IMG/VR virus record: IMGVR_UViG_2934853166_000001
Direction: 5' to 3' (one strand)
Length of the DNA stretch: 64,000 nucleotides
Origin: an uncultured virus (IMG/VR IMGVR_UViG_2934853166_000001)
Taxonomy: Duplodnaviria > Heunggongvirae > Uroviricota > Caudoviricetes
Every line of letters begins with the position of its first letter. Position 1 is the stretch's first letter. A program made the translations under genes and the position numbers. The notes beneath the pieces are model-generated. The model saw only the letters and a list, made by a program, of their open reading frames with translations. It was not told the origin of the DNA and did not search any database. Below, one piece after another: positions 55,801 through 64,000 of this stretch.

Positions 55801-57097
55801 CGACGATCGCGCTGTTCTGGTTGTTGACGGCGCTGATGACGTTGCCGATGATCGACGCCAGATCCCCGGTGATCGACAGCAGTGCGCTCGCCGACTCGGC
55901 ACCCGACGCGAAAAACTCGGCCAGATCGCCGGTGGAGCGGGCGCGGGCGATACCGGCGGTCATCGAGTCGATGGCACCCGCCAGCCGGTCACCGATCACC
56001 CGCACCAGCGGATCGGCGGCGACAGCAACCGACGACAGGGCCCGCGCCACCGGCTGGATCCGCACGATCAGTTGGTCGAAGATGCGGTCGGCGGTGGCGG
56101 TGACCTGCTGGAATCCGCCGAGGATCATCGGGTCGGTGGCGGCGTCGGTGATCGCCGTCATCGCGAGCGACCAGTCGTGGGCGAGGATCGCCGCCTGCCT
56201 ACCCACCGTAGGCAGAGTGTCGGTAGCAAGCCGCTCCAAGTTGCCTGCCGCGCTGGCGTACGCGGCGTCTTGGAGGGACTGCTGCAACCCGAGCAGTTGC
56301 GGCTTGAGCCGCCCCACCTCCTGCACCAGCGCCTTCGCCGACGGGCTGAGCTGCTTGAACGGGTCGTCGACCTCGAACAGGTCGCCGAGCGCATCGCTGA
56401 GGCCGATGGAGGCGACCTTGACGGTGCCCATTGCCGCAGCAGCACCACCGAGAATCCCCGGCAGGGTGCCAGCGGCAGCACCAGCGGCCACAGCGGCGGG
56501 GGCAATGTACTGGATTGCGCCACCCGCAGCGGCAGCCGCCGACGCAGTGACCGCCAGCACCATGCCTGTGCGCCGACCCAGCTCGCTCAGGGCATTGCCC
56601 GCCTCATCGGCGTCCCGGGCCACCTTCTCGACGCCACCGCCGACCGACACGGTGCCAAGCCGGCCGGCAGCCGCCTCGTGGGTGCGGGCCGCAGCAGCGA
56701 ACTTGTCCGACGACGCGGCCCACCGCTCGGCAGCCGCCTCGTACCGCTTCGACGCCCGGTCATGGCGGCCCGCCGACTGCTGCACCGTCTTCGACGCGGC
56801 ACCCAGCTTGTCGGCTGCCTCGCCGGCCTGAGCTGCCTGCTGCTCCCATACGGCCGACGACGATGCGAACCGGTTTGCTGACCCCTCGTAAATTCTGGCT
56901 GCGGCGTCGAACTTCTTCGCCGAGGCGGTGACCCGCCGGGCCGCAGCGTCGAGGCCCTTACCCACCCCGGATGCTTCCCGCTCCAGCCGGGCAAGCTGGT
57001 CGGCGAGACGATTCGTCGCCAGGGCCGCCTGTGCGGCACCGGACGTGTAGTCGTGGACCTGCATGCGCAGACGCACGGACACGGTGCGGTCAGCCAT
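52868..57097 (-). CDS. Tape measure protein
   Basis: 1409 aa Ala-rich helical protein; MADRTVSVRL start; FAE..TGGE motifs; canonical position. Confidence 0.92.
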   Translation of the reverse strand: MADRTVSVRLRMQVHDYTSGAAQAALATNRLADQLARLEREASGVGKGLDAAARRVTASAKKFDAAARIYEGSANRFASSSAVWEQQAAQAGEAADKLGAASKTVQQSAGRHDRASKRYEAAAERWAASSDKFAAAARTHEAAAGRLGTVSVGGGVEKVARDADEAGNALSELGRRTGMVLAVTASAAAAAGGAIQYIAPAAVAAGAAAGTLPGILGGAAAAMGTVKVASIGLSDALGDLFEVDDPFKQLSPSAKALVQEVGRLKPQLLGLQQSLQDAAYASAAGNLERLATDTLPTVGRQAAILAHDWSLAMTAITDAATDPMILGGFQQVTATADRIFDQLIVRIQPVARALSSVAVAADPLVRVIGDRLAGAIDSMTAGIARARSTGDLAEFFASGAESASALLSITGDLASIIGNVISAVNNQNSAIVGTARALDAYMASGRGAEDIAGIVDTLTAAYEGMAQVLGPLGSIARDALADPGTRDGLATMFDILATGSAALRVVFDLFQGLPDPIQSVVVAAIALGVVAQKTTTGIAAMGVAAQGAAAKMAAMGPAGQKAATGMTGLASATGKAVTALVALQLAGVVFDQFVDPIADVDRLTKSVENLAETGKTTGELARVFGDNLEGLGLSAATAGDKWFPNLGRSIESLIPPTKSLNELFYGESFTGSRERIQSLDAAIAQYAKTTNNTAGVNAAWNRVLSASGLDAGELAKIMPQTVDQMERLNGAAHGGAGSLAALETRARTLTGGLQGAVTSGRDLIDVFNELNGAAISSAEAEIKAEESVDRLSAALKENGRALNKQGTDFDIANEKGRENKQLTLDMIQAAAEAAQKRFEETGSVEQAAGVYDKYIEALRKTLHGAKLTDEQIDALIERYGMMPPAVTTPVTAPGATTAASQVGGVLYQIRQLPNGKVVVIGAKTAQAMADMRAAKAVLQSFRDRSFTITGQVRWTSSGNLKVPGGTQLRRWGGIDRPVAMASGGMMQAGIYPASNPPLVKFAEPETGGEAYIPRKGDRNRNLSILSEAASWSNARVVPMASGGIIAGGSMIAAASGLVAYGASASATSTDRGSALESVEAYIQARDAIQRLNESLKENGRSFSLSTKKGRENYSAVISSVKAAEEAAQAKFRETGSVKAANKEYDAHIAKLKSTLKQQKVSAATIDSLMKKLAQRPTYDTPGPVGSEKNIAAAQAAISAEGSLASITDLFSLNKPIFDVKDETGRENLTALFRFLKDAQDAAQAVLEQTGDKKKATGVYDSYVEQLRKILSGSGMAKSQIDSLLKQYGKIVLTPNAIGGVYMGSPSGLLSLSEGGLFDSAKTLYGFAERGTGGELFLPRLGSRRRGEDLLSIGAGWYGGRYVRGGQGQGVSTQVTNNLTVNSQSGPPSLSEMSSLLRQMDARARVGRKG

Positions 57098-57566
57098 TCC
57101 GTCCCCTCCGTCTGCGTCGGGTTGGTTTGGCGACCTTCACCACTGTGTGGATCATGTAGGGGGCCGAGTCAGGCTCGCTCTTCGACCACTTCTCCTCAGA
57201 CCGCACCAGCGCCTTGCAGCTAAAACATTCGGTGGGGTCCTCGGCCACGTACTGGTGGCCGGCGTCCGGGTTGTCCGGGTCGTTGTCCGGGTCCGTGCAC
57301 TCGGCGAGGGGCTGCCCGCACTTGCGGCACAGGGTGCCCTCGTACAGGTCCAAGGCGAGCATCCACGCCCGCTCCCTGCCGTCCCACTCCACCTCGCGGG
57401 ACGTCACCCACCGGGTCGGGCGGCCCTGCTCATCCCACGCCGTCACCTCGGTGACCTCGCGTGGCTCCCACCCGTCCAGCCGTTTCAGGCTGACGCCGAG
57501 GCTGCGGGCGACAGTCAGCTTCCTGCGGAGTTCCGGCGACTCGGCGAGCTGGTCAGCGAGAAAGGG
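57090..57566 (-). CDS. Tail assembly chaperone, -1 frame portion (gpT-like)
   Basis: Open -1 frame from the slippery site: LADQLAESPELRRKL...VTAWDEQ... Confidence 0.75.
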   Translation of the reverse strand, partial: PFLADQLAESPELRRKLTVARSLGVSLKRLDGWEPREVTEVTAWDEQGRPTRWVTSREVEWDGRERAWMLALDLYEGTLCRKCGQPLAECTDPDNDPDNPDAGHQYVAEDPTECFSCKALVRSEEKWSKSEPDSAPYMIHTVVKVAKPTRRRRRGRNG

Positions 57567-58078
57567 ACGTCATCATCTACCCGGTTGAGGTTCCAGGCGG
57601 CCGTGGCCAGCTTGTCGAACTGGGCATCCGAGAGGCTGTCGTACAGGCGCGTCCAGCGGTTGCCGGTCAGCTCCGGGGACACGATCGACGCCTTCACGAG
57701 GGCGGGGAAGAACGTCTCGACGTTGACGCCGAGCCCGTCCCTCGGGTCTCGCTTCCCCGTCTGCCGGTCGGTGCGCGGCGTGTTGTCGGCGAACAGTTTC
57801 GTCCACTCTGGGCGGGGCAGCGCCCGCAGCGTGAACTCCACGGTGTGGCGGCGCATCTCCTCCACGAGGCGGTCCAGCTCCGGCTGGTCGGGGTCCGGTG
57901 CCGGCCCCCGCGACGCCAGCCGGTCATCCCCGGGCAGGGACGACGATTCGGCCTGCGCGGCGCGCTCGTCAACGGCGTTCTTGACGCGCTCGTACTCGGC
58001 CCGCAGACGGCCGTTGAGGCACAGAGCGACGGTAGTTTCGGCGAGGGTCGCCTGATCGAGGATGCTGTCAAAGTCCAC
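57515..58078 (-). CDS. Tail assembly chaperone (gpG-like)
   Basis: Between major tail and TMP genes; ends ...DVPFS. Confidence 0.85.
   Translation of the reverse strand: MDFDSILDQATLAETTVALCLNGRLRAEYERVKNAVDERAAQAESSSLPGDDRLASRGPAPDPDQPELDRLVEEMRRHTVEFTLRALPRPEWTKLFADNTPRTDRQTGKRDPRDGLGVNVETFFPALVKASIVSPELTGNRWTRLYDSLSDAQFDKLATAAWNLNRVDDDVPFSLTSSPSRRNSAGS
57560..57566 (-). other. Programmed -1 frameshift heptamer C CCT TTC
   Basis: X XXY YYZ in the correct frame; links the two chaperone ORFs. Confidence 0.8.
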
Positions 58079-58167
58079 GGGTGATCGCTCCCCAGCGATA
58101 GGTGTGCATGGGAGCGGGCCGCACCCGGTGGTGGATGCGGCCCGCGACAGAGAATGAAGGGGCGGGG

Positions 58168-58674
58168 TTACGGGCCGGCGACGACCGCGACGTCCCGCTG
58201 CACGGAGCCGATGACGAAAGGCTTCTGCGTGATCTTGTGCACCGAGTTGCGGGCCGGCGTGTTCTTCCGCTGGATGCCCATCTCCACCGGGTACACGTCC
58301 ACCAGGTCACCGACGGCGATCGCGTCCTCGAAGTCCACCGCCCAGCGGAGCACGATGTTGCCCTGCGTGCCCGGCGCGAGGGCGATGCGCGCCTCGTCGT
58401 CGTCGGGGCTGGCCGGGTTGAACACGTAGGTGAGTTCCATCGTGTCGGTGAAGTCGCCGCGCGCCTCGAAGATCTGCTTGCTGCACAGACGCGGGTCGTC
58501 GATCGTGTTCTCCGACGTCTCCGTGGTGAGGCCGTCGCCCGTCAGGTAGCAGGACAGGTCGAGGACCGTGCCCGCGTTCAGCTCCGTCACCTTCGGCGCG
58601 GCAGTGTTGGCGATGGCCGGCACCCACAGCGCCGTCATCGTCCCATTGGTGTTGACTGCGATGGGCTGACTCAC
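58168..58674 (-). CDS. Major tail (tube) protein
   Basis: WVP.IA..AAP...EL.AG...DLSCYLT.DG...D.RLC. Confidence 0.88.
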   Translation of the reverse strand: MSQPIAVNTNGTMTALWVPAIANTAAPKVTELNAGTVLDLSCYLTGDGLTTETSENTIDDPRLCSKQIFEARGDFTDTMELTYVFNPASPDDDEARIALAPGTQGNIVLRWAVDFEDAIAVGDLVDVYPVEMGIQRKNTPARNSVHKITQKPFVIGSVQRDVAVVAGP

Positions 58675-59015
58675 GAGCGCCTACCGCCCTTCGTGCTGGT
58701 GGTGGAGGTGATGGGGGCGGTGCTGGTGTCCTCGGCGGTGTCCGGGCCGGCGGGGGTGTCGCCCCGGCCTCCACCGGCGGTGCCGTCACCCTTCGGGGCG
58801 GCGTCGCTGCCTACGAGGTCGGTGCGGAACTTCGGCGGGCGGGCGCGGCGACCCCAGTTCAGCGGGTAGTCCGGCACCGGGGTCATGCCCGGACGGATGG
58901 CGGTCTGCGGCACGTCGTAGCGGTGACCGGTGTCGGCGTCCTCCACCCAGACGAACGGCACCTTGCCGGTCGTGTCGCGTGGCGCGCGCCGGCCGCCGAG
59001 GCGGTCGTCAGCCAT
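58671..59015 (-). CDS. Hypothetical virion-region protein
   Basis: V.D.DTGH.Y; coupled to the major tail gene. Confidence 0.6.
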   Translation of the reverse strand: MADDRLGGRRAPRDTTGKVPFVWVEDADTGHRYDVPQTAIRPGMTPVPDYPLNWGRRARPPKFRTDLVGSDAAPKGDGTAGGGRGDTPAGPDTAEDTSTAPITSTTSTKGGRRS

Positions 59016-59026
59016 TACTGGTCCTC

Positions 59027-59476
59027 TCAGGTCGTACGAATCGGTGAGCTGTGCAGGGTGAAGAACAGGGCCGTGAAGTAGATGCGGCGGCCGTCCGGGC
59101 TCTTGACGTTCGGATCCACGGCGGGCGGGCCGGGCGCACCGGCCTCTTGCTCGATGTCGCCGCAGCGCCGCCCGGTGATGCTGGGCCGTTTGCGGTGCAG
59201 CACCCGCCGCGCACGGTCGGCAGCGCCGAGTACATCCAGGGGGGTCAGGCCGACGCAGGTGATCTGGGTGCGGGTCCACACCTCGCCGCCGTCCCCGGCC
59301 AGCCGCTCCACCGCTGGGTTGCCGGGGGCACCCCACACCACGTAGTGCGGCCAGGTGAGGTCGGCGTCGGGCACGTTGACGTCACCCTCATGCACCTGAA
59401 AGGCGGTGCCGGCGCGCAGCATCGCGGCGACGGCTTGGGCGTGGTCGACGGACGGCTCAACAGATGGGGCAGCCAT
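59027..59476 (-). CDS. Tail terminator-like protein
   Basis: P.YVVW...QITCVG; position. Confidence 0.7.
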   Translation of the reverse strand: MAAPSVEPSVDHAQAVAAMLRAGTAFQVHEGDVNVPDADLTWPHYVVWGAPGNPAVERLAGDGGEVWTRTQITCVGLTPLDVLGAADRARRVLHRKRPSITGRRCGDIEQEAGAPGPPAVDPNVKSPDGRRIYFTALFFTLHSSPIRTT

Positions 59477-59488
59477 TGCCACCCCCGA

Positions 59489-59851
59489 TCAGTCGAGCGG
59501 GTCGGAGATCGCCTCACATGCAGCGATGAAGCCCGGCGTGACGGCGTCGAGGGATGGACCGACGAACGGCTGCGGAGCCATGCGGGACGTCCCGCGCTCG
59601 ACGAACTTCGCGTACGACGCCTCCGGGCCCCACTCGCCTTCCAAGCCGTCGTCGCTGAACTCGTGGCTGACGGACGACCGCATGAACCCGGTGTCCACCG
59701 CCGCAAGCTGCTTGGCGACCGACTCGCCGGCGAGCGTGGATCGGCGCACCACCCGGGAACCCTTCTCCGTGATGCGCTTGCCAGCGGTGTGGAACTGCGC
59801 TTCGATGGCGGCGAGTTCCGCCCCACCGCCATCCACGGAGACAGACGCCAC
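59489..59851 (-). CDS. HK97 gp10-family tail-completion protein
   Basis: VDTGFMRSS...YA.FVE.GTSRMAPQPF..P. Confidence 0.88.
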   Translation of the reverse strand: MASVSVDGGGAELAAIEAQFHTAGKRITEKGSRVVRRSTLAGESVAKQLAAVDTGFMRSSVSHEFSDDGLEGEWGPEASYAKFVERGTSRMAPQPFVGPSLDAVTPGFIAACEAISDPLD

Positions 59852-59852
59852 G

Positions 59853-60284
59853 TCACCCCCGTCGGTTGATGGGTTCCTCAATGTCGCAGCCAACGTTCCG
59901 TTGCCACGACAGTCCGCTTCGGGGCACGTCCACCACCCGCAGCCGCGCCCCGAGCAGCGACGGGTCGCCGTCGCATTCGTCGACCAGCCACACATCGCGG
60001 ACGTGCGGCACAGGGCTGTCGGCGGGCAGGATCAGCAGATACCCGCCGACCGCGACGATCCGTTCGGCCTGCACCTGCTGTGACCCGCTGTTGGCGCGGA
60101 TCCGCGCCCGCCCCTCGTAGATGAGCGGCGGGTCCGGCCACGTGGTGACACCGGTCTCCGGGTCGCGCACACCCGTCTCCGACGGGCGCAGCAGCCGGCC
60201 CTGCACCGTCATCGCCGCCTCAGACACCGGCCGGTGATGCGCCTCGAAACGCGGGTGGATCAGCCGGTGGTTAGGTAGCGGCAT
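59853..60284 (-). CDS. Head-to-tail stopper (DUF6093-like)
   Basis: DPETG......IYEG.AR...Y...LP. Confidence 0.7.
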   Translation of the reverse strand: MPLPNHRLIHPRFEAHHRPVSEAAMTVQGRLLRPSETGVRDPETGVTTWPDPPLIYEGRARIRANSGSQQVQAERIVAVGGYLLILPADSPVPHVRDVWLVDECDGDPSLLGARLRVVDVPRSGLSWQRNVGCDIEEPINRRG

Positions 60285-60287
60285 CGG

Positions 60288-60929
60288 TCACCACCGCCCG
60301 TAGCGGTAGGCGGCGTTCGGGTCGAAGTCGATGACGTCGAGGCCGAATGCGTCGTCCGCATCCCGATCGGCCTGCTCCCGCAACGTCCGTGCCGATGCCC
60401 GCAGTTCGGCGGCCACTGCCGCGCCGTTGGTGGTGAGATCCTGCGTGGAAAGCACCTTGGAAATCAGCACCTCGGACCGGGCGATGATCTCCAACGCTGC
60501 CGCCGCAGCCCGCTTCACCCCACCCTCTCGGGTCAGTAGCGCATCAAGCTGCGCGTCCTCAAACAGGGGCTCCGCCTCGTTCACGTCGGTGATGAGGAGC
60601 CGGATCATGCCGATGTCGTCGGTCGGGTCCAGGGTGATCGGCGGTAGCCCCATCAGCGTGCGGGCCACCACGAACCGGCCCTGCACCGCGTCCTGCGCCG
60701 TGCCGTCCGCTGACAGCGCGAACGTGTGTGTGCCGGGCGCGTCGGCGACGTGTGCGGCCCGGTAGATGCCGGATCCGGCGTTCGCGACCGTCATGGAGGC
60801 GGTGCTGCCATCAGGGCGGGTCACCTCACCGGTGACGGTCGCGTCGTCCACCGGGTCGCCGGCCACATCCCGCAGCAGCCACTCGGCGACGAACTGCTGG
60901 CCCTGCCAGTAGATGCGCGGGCTGGTCAC
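60288..60929 (-). CDS. Head-to-tail adaptor with extra N-terminal Ig-like domain
   Basis: C-terminal IG.IRLLI.D.....F.D.Q...L...AAA.ALE.IA.SE; N-terminal beta-sandwich-like ~90 aa. Confidence 0.72.
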   Translation of the reverse strand: MTSPRIYWQGQQFVAEWLLRDVAGDPVDDATVTGEVTRPDGSTASMTVANAGSGIYRAAHVADAPGTHTFALSADGTAQDAVQGRFVVARTLMGLPPITLDPTDDIGMIRLLITDVNEAEPLFEDAQLDALLTREGGVKRAAAAALEIIARSEVLISKVLSTQDLTTNGAAVAAELRASARTLREQADRDADDAFGLDVIDFDPNAAYRYGRW

Positions 60930-62260
60930 AGCAGTGTCACCTCCGACCGTGGGGGAGTGCGGATGGTGCTGCCCGCCGGGATTCGCAGTTCACCGCGAGC
61001 GGCCGGTGCCAGCACTGATCCGGCGACTGCCCACCCGGTTTCCACCTCGCCGGCCGCAACGGATGCCGTTGACCAGCCGGTGGTGAGCGTCGCGTTCACG
61101 GTGCCTGCGACGGCCCAACTGGTGGCGACGGTGCCTGCCGTGGCAGCGTCGACAGCCCAGCCCGTGGAGACGCTGCCGAAGGATGTCTGATAGACCACCC
61201 AGCCGGTGGACGTGCTGCCGCCGACTGTGGCCGCTACCGCCCAAGTGGTGCCGACCGTGCCGGCGGCGGTGAGCGCCGTCGACCACACCGTGGAGACAGT
61301 CTCCGACGTGACCGCTGCCGTCGCCCACCCGGTAGCCGCACTGCCGGACGCCTGCCCGGCGACACCCCACCCGGAGGTGATCGACCCAGCAGCAACCGCA
61401 GCCACCGACCAACCGGTGCTGCCGCTTCCGGCCACGGGAGACGCCACAGACCAGCCAGTCGCGGCAGACCCGGTGACCGCCGCAGCGACCGCCCAACCCG
61501 TCGCAGCGGATCCGGCGACCGGTGAGGCGACAGACCACGACGTGCCCACACTCCCGGACACCGGTGCCGCCACCGACCATGCCGTGGAGGTCGACCCTGA
61601 CACCTGAGTGGTCGACGCCGACGCGGCCATCTCCACCAGCAGGCCAATCATTGACCCGCTGACATCGGAGGTGACCGTTTCGCCGCCGTAGCTGCCGGAC
61701 GATCCGACCAGCAGATAGCCGGCGGCGGCGCGCACGTTGGCGTTGGTGGTGGCGCGGCTCGTTGAATGGTCGACGGTCTCCGTGTACGAGCCGTCAAGGT
61801 TGATGTTGGTGGGGATCGTGCCTGACGCGACGCGGCTGTGCGCATCGACCAGCAGCGCCGACCCGGACGCCACGCCGGTGAGGGCGGGGAGCGTGACCGA
61901 CGTGCCGGACGCTGCTGCCGTGGCGGCCTGCGCGACGCTGTCAGCGCCCCGCACCACCAGCAGCTCCCAGCCGCCTGTCACGGACCCCGAGTTGGTGATG
62001 GTTGGTGCGGTGTCCCCGCCCTGGAGGATCCGATACCAGGCGTAGATGCGGGACGCGGACCCGTCGGCGTAGGGCCACGTCACCCCGGGTAGCAGCGTCC
62101 ATCCGGCGGGCGTGGACATGGTGAGGGACCCGCCGGACACGTGCCCCACGAGCAGGCCAATGTCGCCGGCAGCCCATCCCGCCGGGAAGGATGTGGCGAA
62201 GCTGGTCGCAGTCGCGGAGCCGGGGTTGCCGGAGGCGACACCGACGTAGGAGACCGCCAC
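60926..62260 (-). CDS. Virion fibre-like protein with 14 x 14-aa Trp repeats
   Basis: N-terminal P.G..AGD.....P.GWT domain; repeat xxVxGSxxTGWxVA. Confidence 0.75.
   Translation of the reverse strand: MAVSYVGVASGNPGSATATSFATSFPAGWAAGDIGLLVGHVSGGSLTMSTPAGWTLLPGVTWPYADGSASRIYAWYRILQGGDTAPTITNSGSVTGGWELLVVRGADSVAQAATAAASGTSVTLPALTGVASGSALLVDAHSRVASGTIPTNINLDGSYTETVDHSTSRATTNANVRAAAGYLLVGSSGSYGGETVTSDVSGSMIGLLVEMAASASTTQVSGSTSTAWSVAAPVSGSVGTSWSVASPVAGSAATGWAVAAAVTGSAATGWSVASPVAGSGSTGWSVAAVAAGSITSGWGVAGQASGSAATGWATAAVTSETVSTVWSTALTAAGTVGTTWAVAATVGGSTSTGWVVYQTSFGSVSTGWAVDAATAGTVATSWAVAGTVNATLTTGWSTASVAAGEVETGWAVAGSVLAPAARGELRIPAGSTIRTPPRSEVTLL
61022..61609 (-). repeat. 42-bp (14-aa) coding tandem repeat x14
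   Basis: Trp every 14 residues, counted by hand. Confidence 0.9.
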
Positions 62261-62276
62261 GGCGACCTCCCCGCAG

Positions 62277-63203
62277 TCAACGCATCAGGTCGACGAACGC
62301 GGCCCGCTCGCGGTCCCTCACGTACGTCTGCCCTGACGGGTAGGCCAGGGTGGCGTGCAGATCGCAGTTGCCCCGGTAGAACCAGGCGACGTATGGCACG
62401 TCCGGCAGCGCCCGCAGGAAGGCCATGTTGTCCCGCATCGCCTGCGCGCAGATCGCGCCGTCGAGGTCGTAGGTGGTCCCCGACTTGAGGGCCGGCTTGC
62501 GTTGAATGCCCCACTCGGGAATCACCAACGGCCGACCAACCCGCCGGGCCGTGGCGAGCGCGAAGCCATTCCGCTCGGCCGGGGTGCGATAACGCTCATA
62601 TCCGGTGTCGTAGATGTCGAACCCGACCGCGTCCACCCCGGGATAGGTGGCGACCTGCCCGAAGTCGGTCCACCACGAGGCGCTGCGGGTCGCCGCGTAC
62701 TCGGTGAACACGGGCACCAACCACACCTCACGCCGACGCGGGTGGTCGGCCAGGGCCTCCAGCAGTTCCTTCCACTCCTGCCGATGCTCGGCGGGGGTAG
62801 GGTCCCCGGAGTCTTGCTGCTCTGGTTCGTGGTCGAGGGTCACTAGGTCGATCACGCCGCGTCGGGCCGCCGGACGCGCCGACAGCCAGTCGCGGATCAG
62901 CGCGGGCGAGGTGGTGCGAGACCAGTCCTTGAACGAGTAGTGCAGCACCGTTTGGGCTGGCACTTCGGCGAGCATTCCCGATGACCACGGGGCGATGCCT
63001 TTGCCCGGCGCGCTGTAGAGCCGCATCAGTCGGGGCTGCGGGTAGCGGGCCGCCATCCGCTGGATATCCGTCACCGTGCTGTCCGGTGGGCACCAGCCGA
63101 GCAGCGTTGACCGTGCCTCTACGGTGATCGTCGTCGCCGTGACGGTGGTGTTGCCGGCTGCGTCGCGGACCCGCCCGGTCAGGACGACCGTGCGGGTGGC
63201 CAT
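62277..63203 (-). CDS. Clan GH-A glycoside hydrolase (GH26-like) with N-terminal beta-hairpin
   Basis: HEPE (acid/base), VGFDIYD, PLVIPEWG (nucleophile). Confidence 0.75.
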   Translation of the reverse strand: MATRTVVLTGRVRDAAGNTTVTATTITVEARSTLLGWCPPDSTVTDIQRMAARYPQPRLMRLYSAPGKGIAPWSSGMLAEVPAQTVLHYSFKDWSRTTSPALIRDWLSARPAARRGVIDLVTLDHEPEQQDSGDPTPAEHRQEWKELLEALADHPRRREVWLVPVFTEYAATRSASWWTDFGQVATYPGVDAVGFDIYDTGYERYRTPAERNGFALATARRVGRPLVIPEWGIQRKPALKSGTTYDLDGAICAQAMRDNMAFLRALPDVPYVAWFYRGNCDLHATLAYPSGQTYVRDRERAAFVDLMR

Positions 63204-63475
63204 CAGGCGACCGTGACCGTAAACCGGCCGGGCGCGGACGGGTCCTCGACGATCGTCACGCCCGGGTCGTTGGCGGTCAGCTCGTAGGTGAGCGGATCAC
63301 CGACGGTGAGGATCGTGTTGGCGGTCGCGGTCGCACCGTTCGCGTCGGTGACCGTGCCGGACAGGGTGATGGTGCGGGCGTCCGGGTCGAACGCGTCGAT
63401 CCACACCTGCACTGCCTGGCCAGGCTGCACAGTGTCCGGGGAGGCAGAGATGGAACGGATGATCGGGGCGGCCAT
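63203..63475 (-). CDS. Small Ig-like protein (permuted)
   Basis: AP.I.SISASP..V.PG......A.DPD...GDPLTY; RBS AGGA. Confidence 0.7.
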   Translation of the reverse strand: MAAPIIRSISASPDTVQPGQAVQVWIDAFDPDARTITLSGTVTDANGATATANTILTVGDPLTYELTANDPGVTIVEDPSAPGRFTVTVA

Positions 63476-63498
63476 GGAGGTTCCTATCTGAATCATGG

Positions 63499-64000
63499 TC
63501 AGAGGGTGTCGCCGAGCCACGCGAACGTGACACCATCGGCGGCGAGCGGGGCGGTGTTGGCTGCGGTCCGGCGAGCCCAGAACGCGCGCACCTGGCCGGG
63601 GCCAATGTCACCGAGCGACAGGGCGGCACCGGAGGTGGTCGGCGTGGAGAACGTCACCCCGGCCGGCGCGGTCGTGTCGTTGGCGATCTGCACCGCCTGC
63701 GCCGACGACGAACCGACAGCCGACGCCGCAGTGGGGTCCACACCGATAGCCACCGACGCCCCACCAGAAACCTCAGCGGACATGTACACCTTCGCCGACT
63801 GGAGCGTCAGGCTGCCGTGGGTGTTGTGGACGAACACGCACGCATAGTCGACCTGACTCGCGGCGTTCTCGCTGCCGGTGATGTTCGGGAACAACCCGTT
63901 GGTGCTGCCGTCGGCGATCACCGTCGTCGACACGTACTTGCCGAGAGACGACCCCACCACCCCGGCCGTGGTGTTACCAGCCGACCCGGACGTGGTGGAC
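63499..64000 (-). CDS. Virion structural protein, N-terminus outside the window
   Basis: SLG.Y.S...LF..I.G.EN....DY.C.FV.N...LGDI.PG...AFW.RR. Confidence 0.65.
   Translation of the reverse strand, partial: STTSGSAGNTTAGVVGSSLGKYVSTTVIADGSTNGLFPNITGSENAASQVDYACVFVHNTHGSLTLQSAKVYMSAEVSGGASVAIGVDPTAASAVGSSSAQAVQIANDTTAPAGVTFSTPTTSGAALSLGDIGPGQVRAFWARRTAANTAPLAADGVTFAWLGDTL

Larger units (their letters stand above)
1..64000. mobile_element. Prophage (siphovirus-type) / integrative element carrying a TraB conjugation module; continues beyond the right edge
   Basis: Tyrosine recombinase at left end; dense small phage-like genes; lysis-tail-head/tail block at 45.7-64 kb; no host housekeeping gene recognised; att sites not visible. 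Confidence 0.9.

Noticed and set aside
31037..56831. Long alternative ORFs (e.g. 31037-32590 +, 48371-49750 +, 50918-52525 +, 53303-54727 +, 55125-56831 +, and the 35840 upstream extension of traB)
   Set aside because: Shadow ORFs typical of high-GC DNA, antisense to or overlapping well-supported genes, with no recognisable motifs.

Overview
Very GC-rich actinobacterial DNA (Micromonosporaceae-like is my inference). The whole window reads as one large siphovirus-type prophage or integrative element that runs off the right edge. A XerC-like tyrosine recombinase sits at 1-942. About 30 kb of small early/accessory genes follow, arranged as self-contained cassettes with their own promoter, operator, small HTH gene and terminator. 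They include MazG, ParB-like, DUF433, HNH, BrnT/BrnA-like TA, GIY-YIG, DUF262, and two paralogous wHTH replication-initiator-like genes, each near a BldC/Xis-like HTH gene. A Streptomyces-type conjugation operon occupies 33.1-40.4 kb: membrane proteins, FtsK/SpoIIIE TraB, a membrane-anchored GIY-YIG, a NUDT9-like Nudix, and strand-biased CCGA repeats resembling a clt. The minus strand from 45.7 kb carries lysis, tail, head-tail and accessory virion genes; capsid, portal and terminase genes are not in the window. Most notable: (i) a phage/TraB-conjugation hybrid; (ii) a permuted Ig-like subunit whose displaced beta-hairpin recurs at the N-terminus of the neighbouring glycoside hydrolase, suggesting an enzyme-tipped strand-complementation fibre; (iii) a mini-gene array with repeated stop/RBS linkers; (iv) a candidate structured ncRNA at about 10.1-10.4 kb. 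All family calls come from motif recognition by eye, not database searches.
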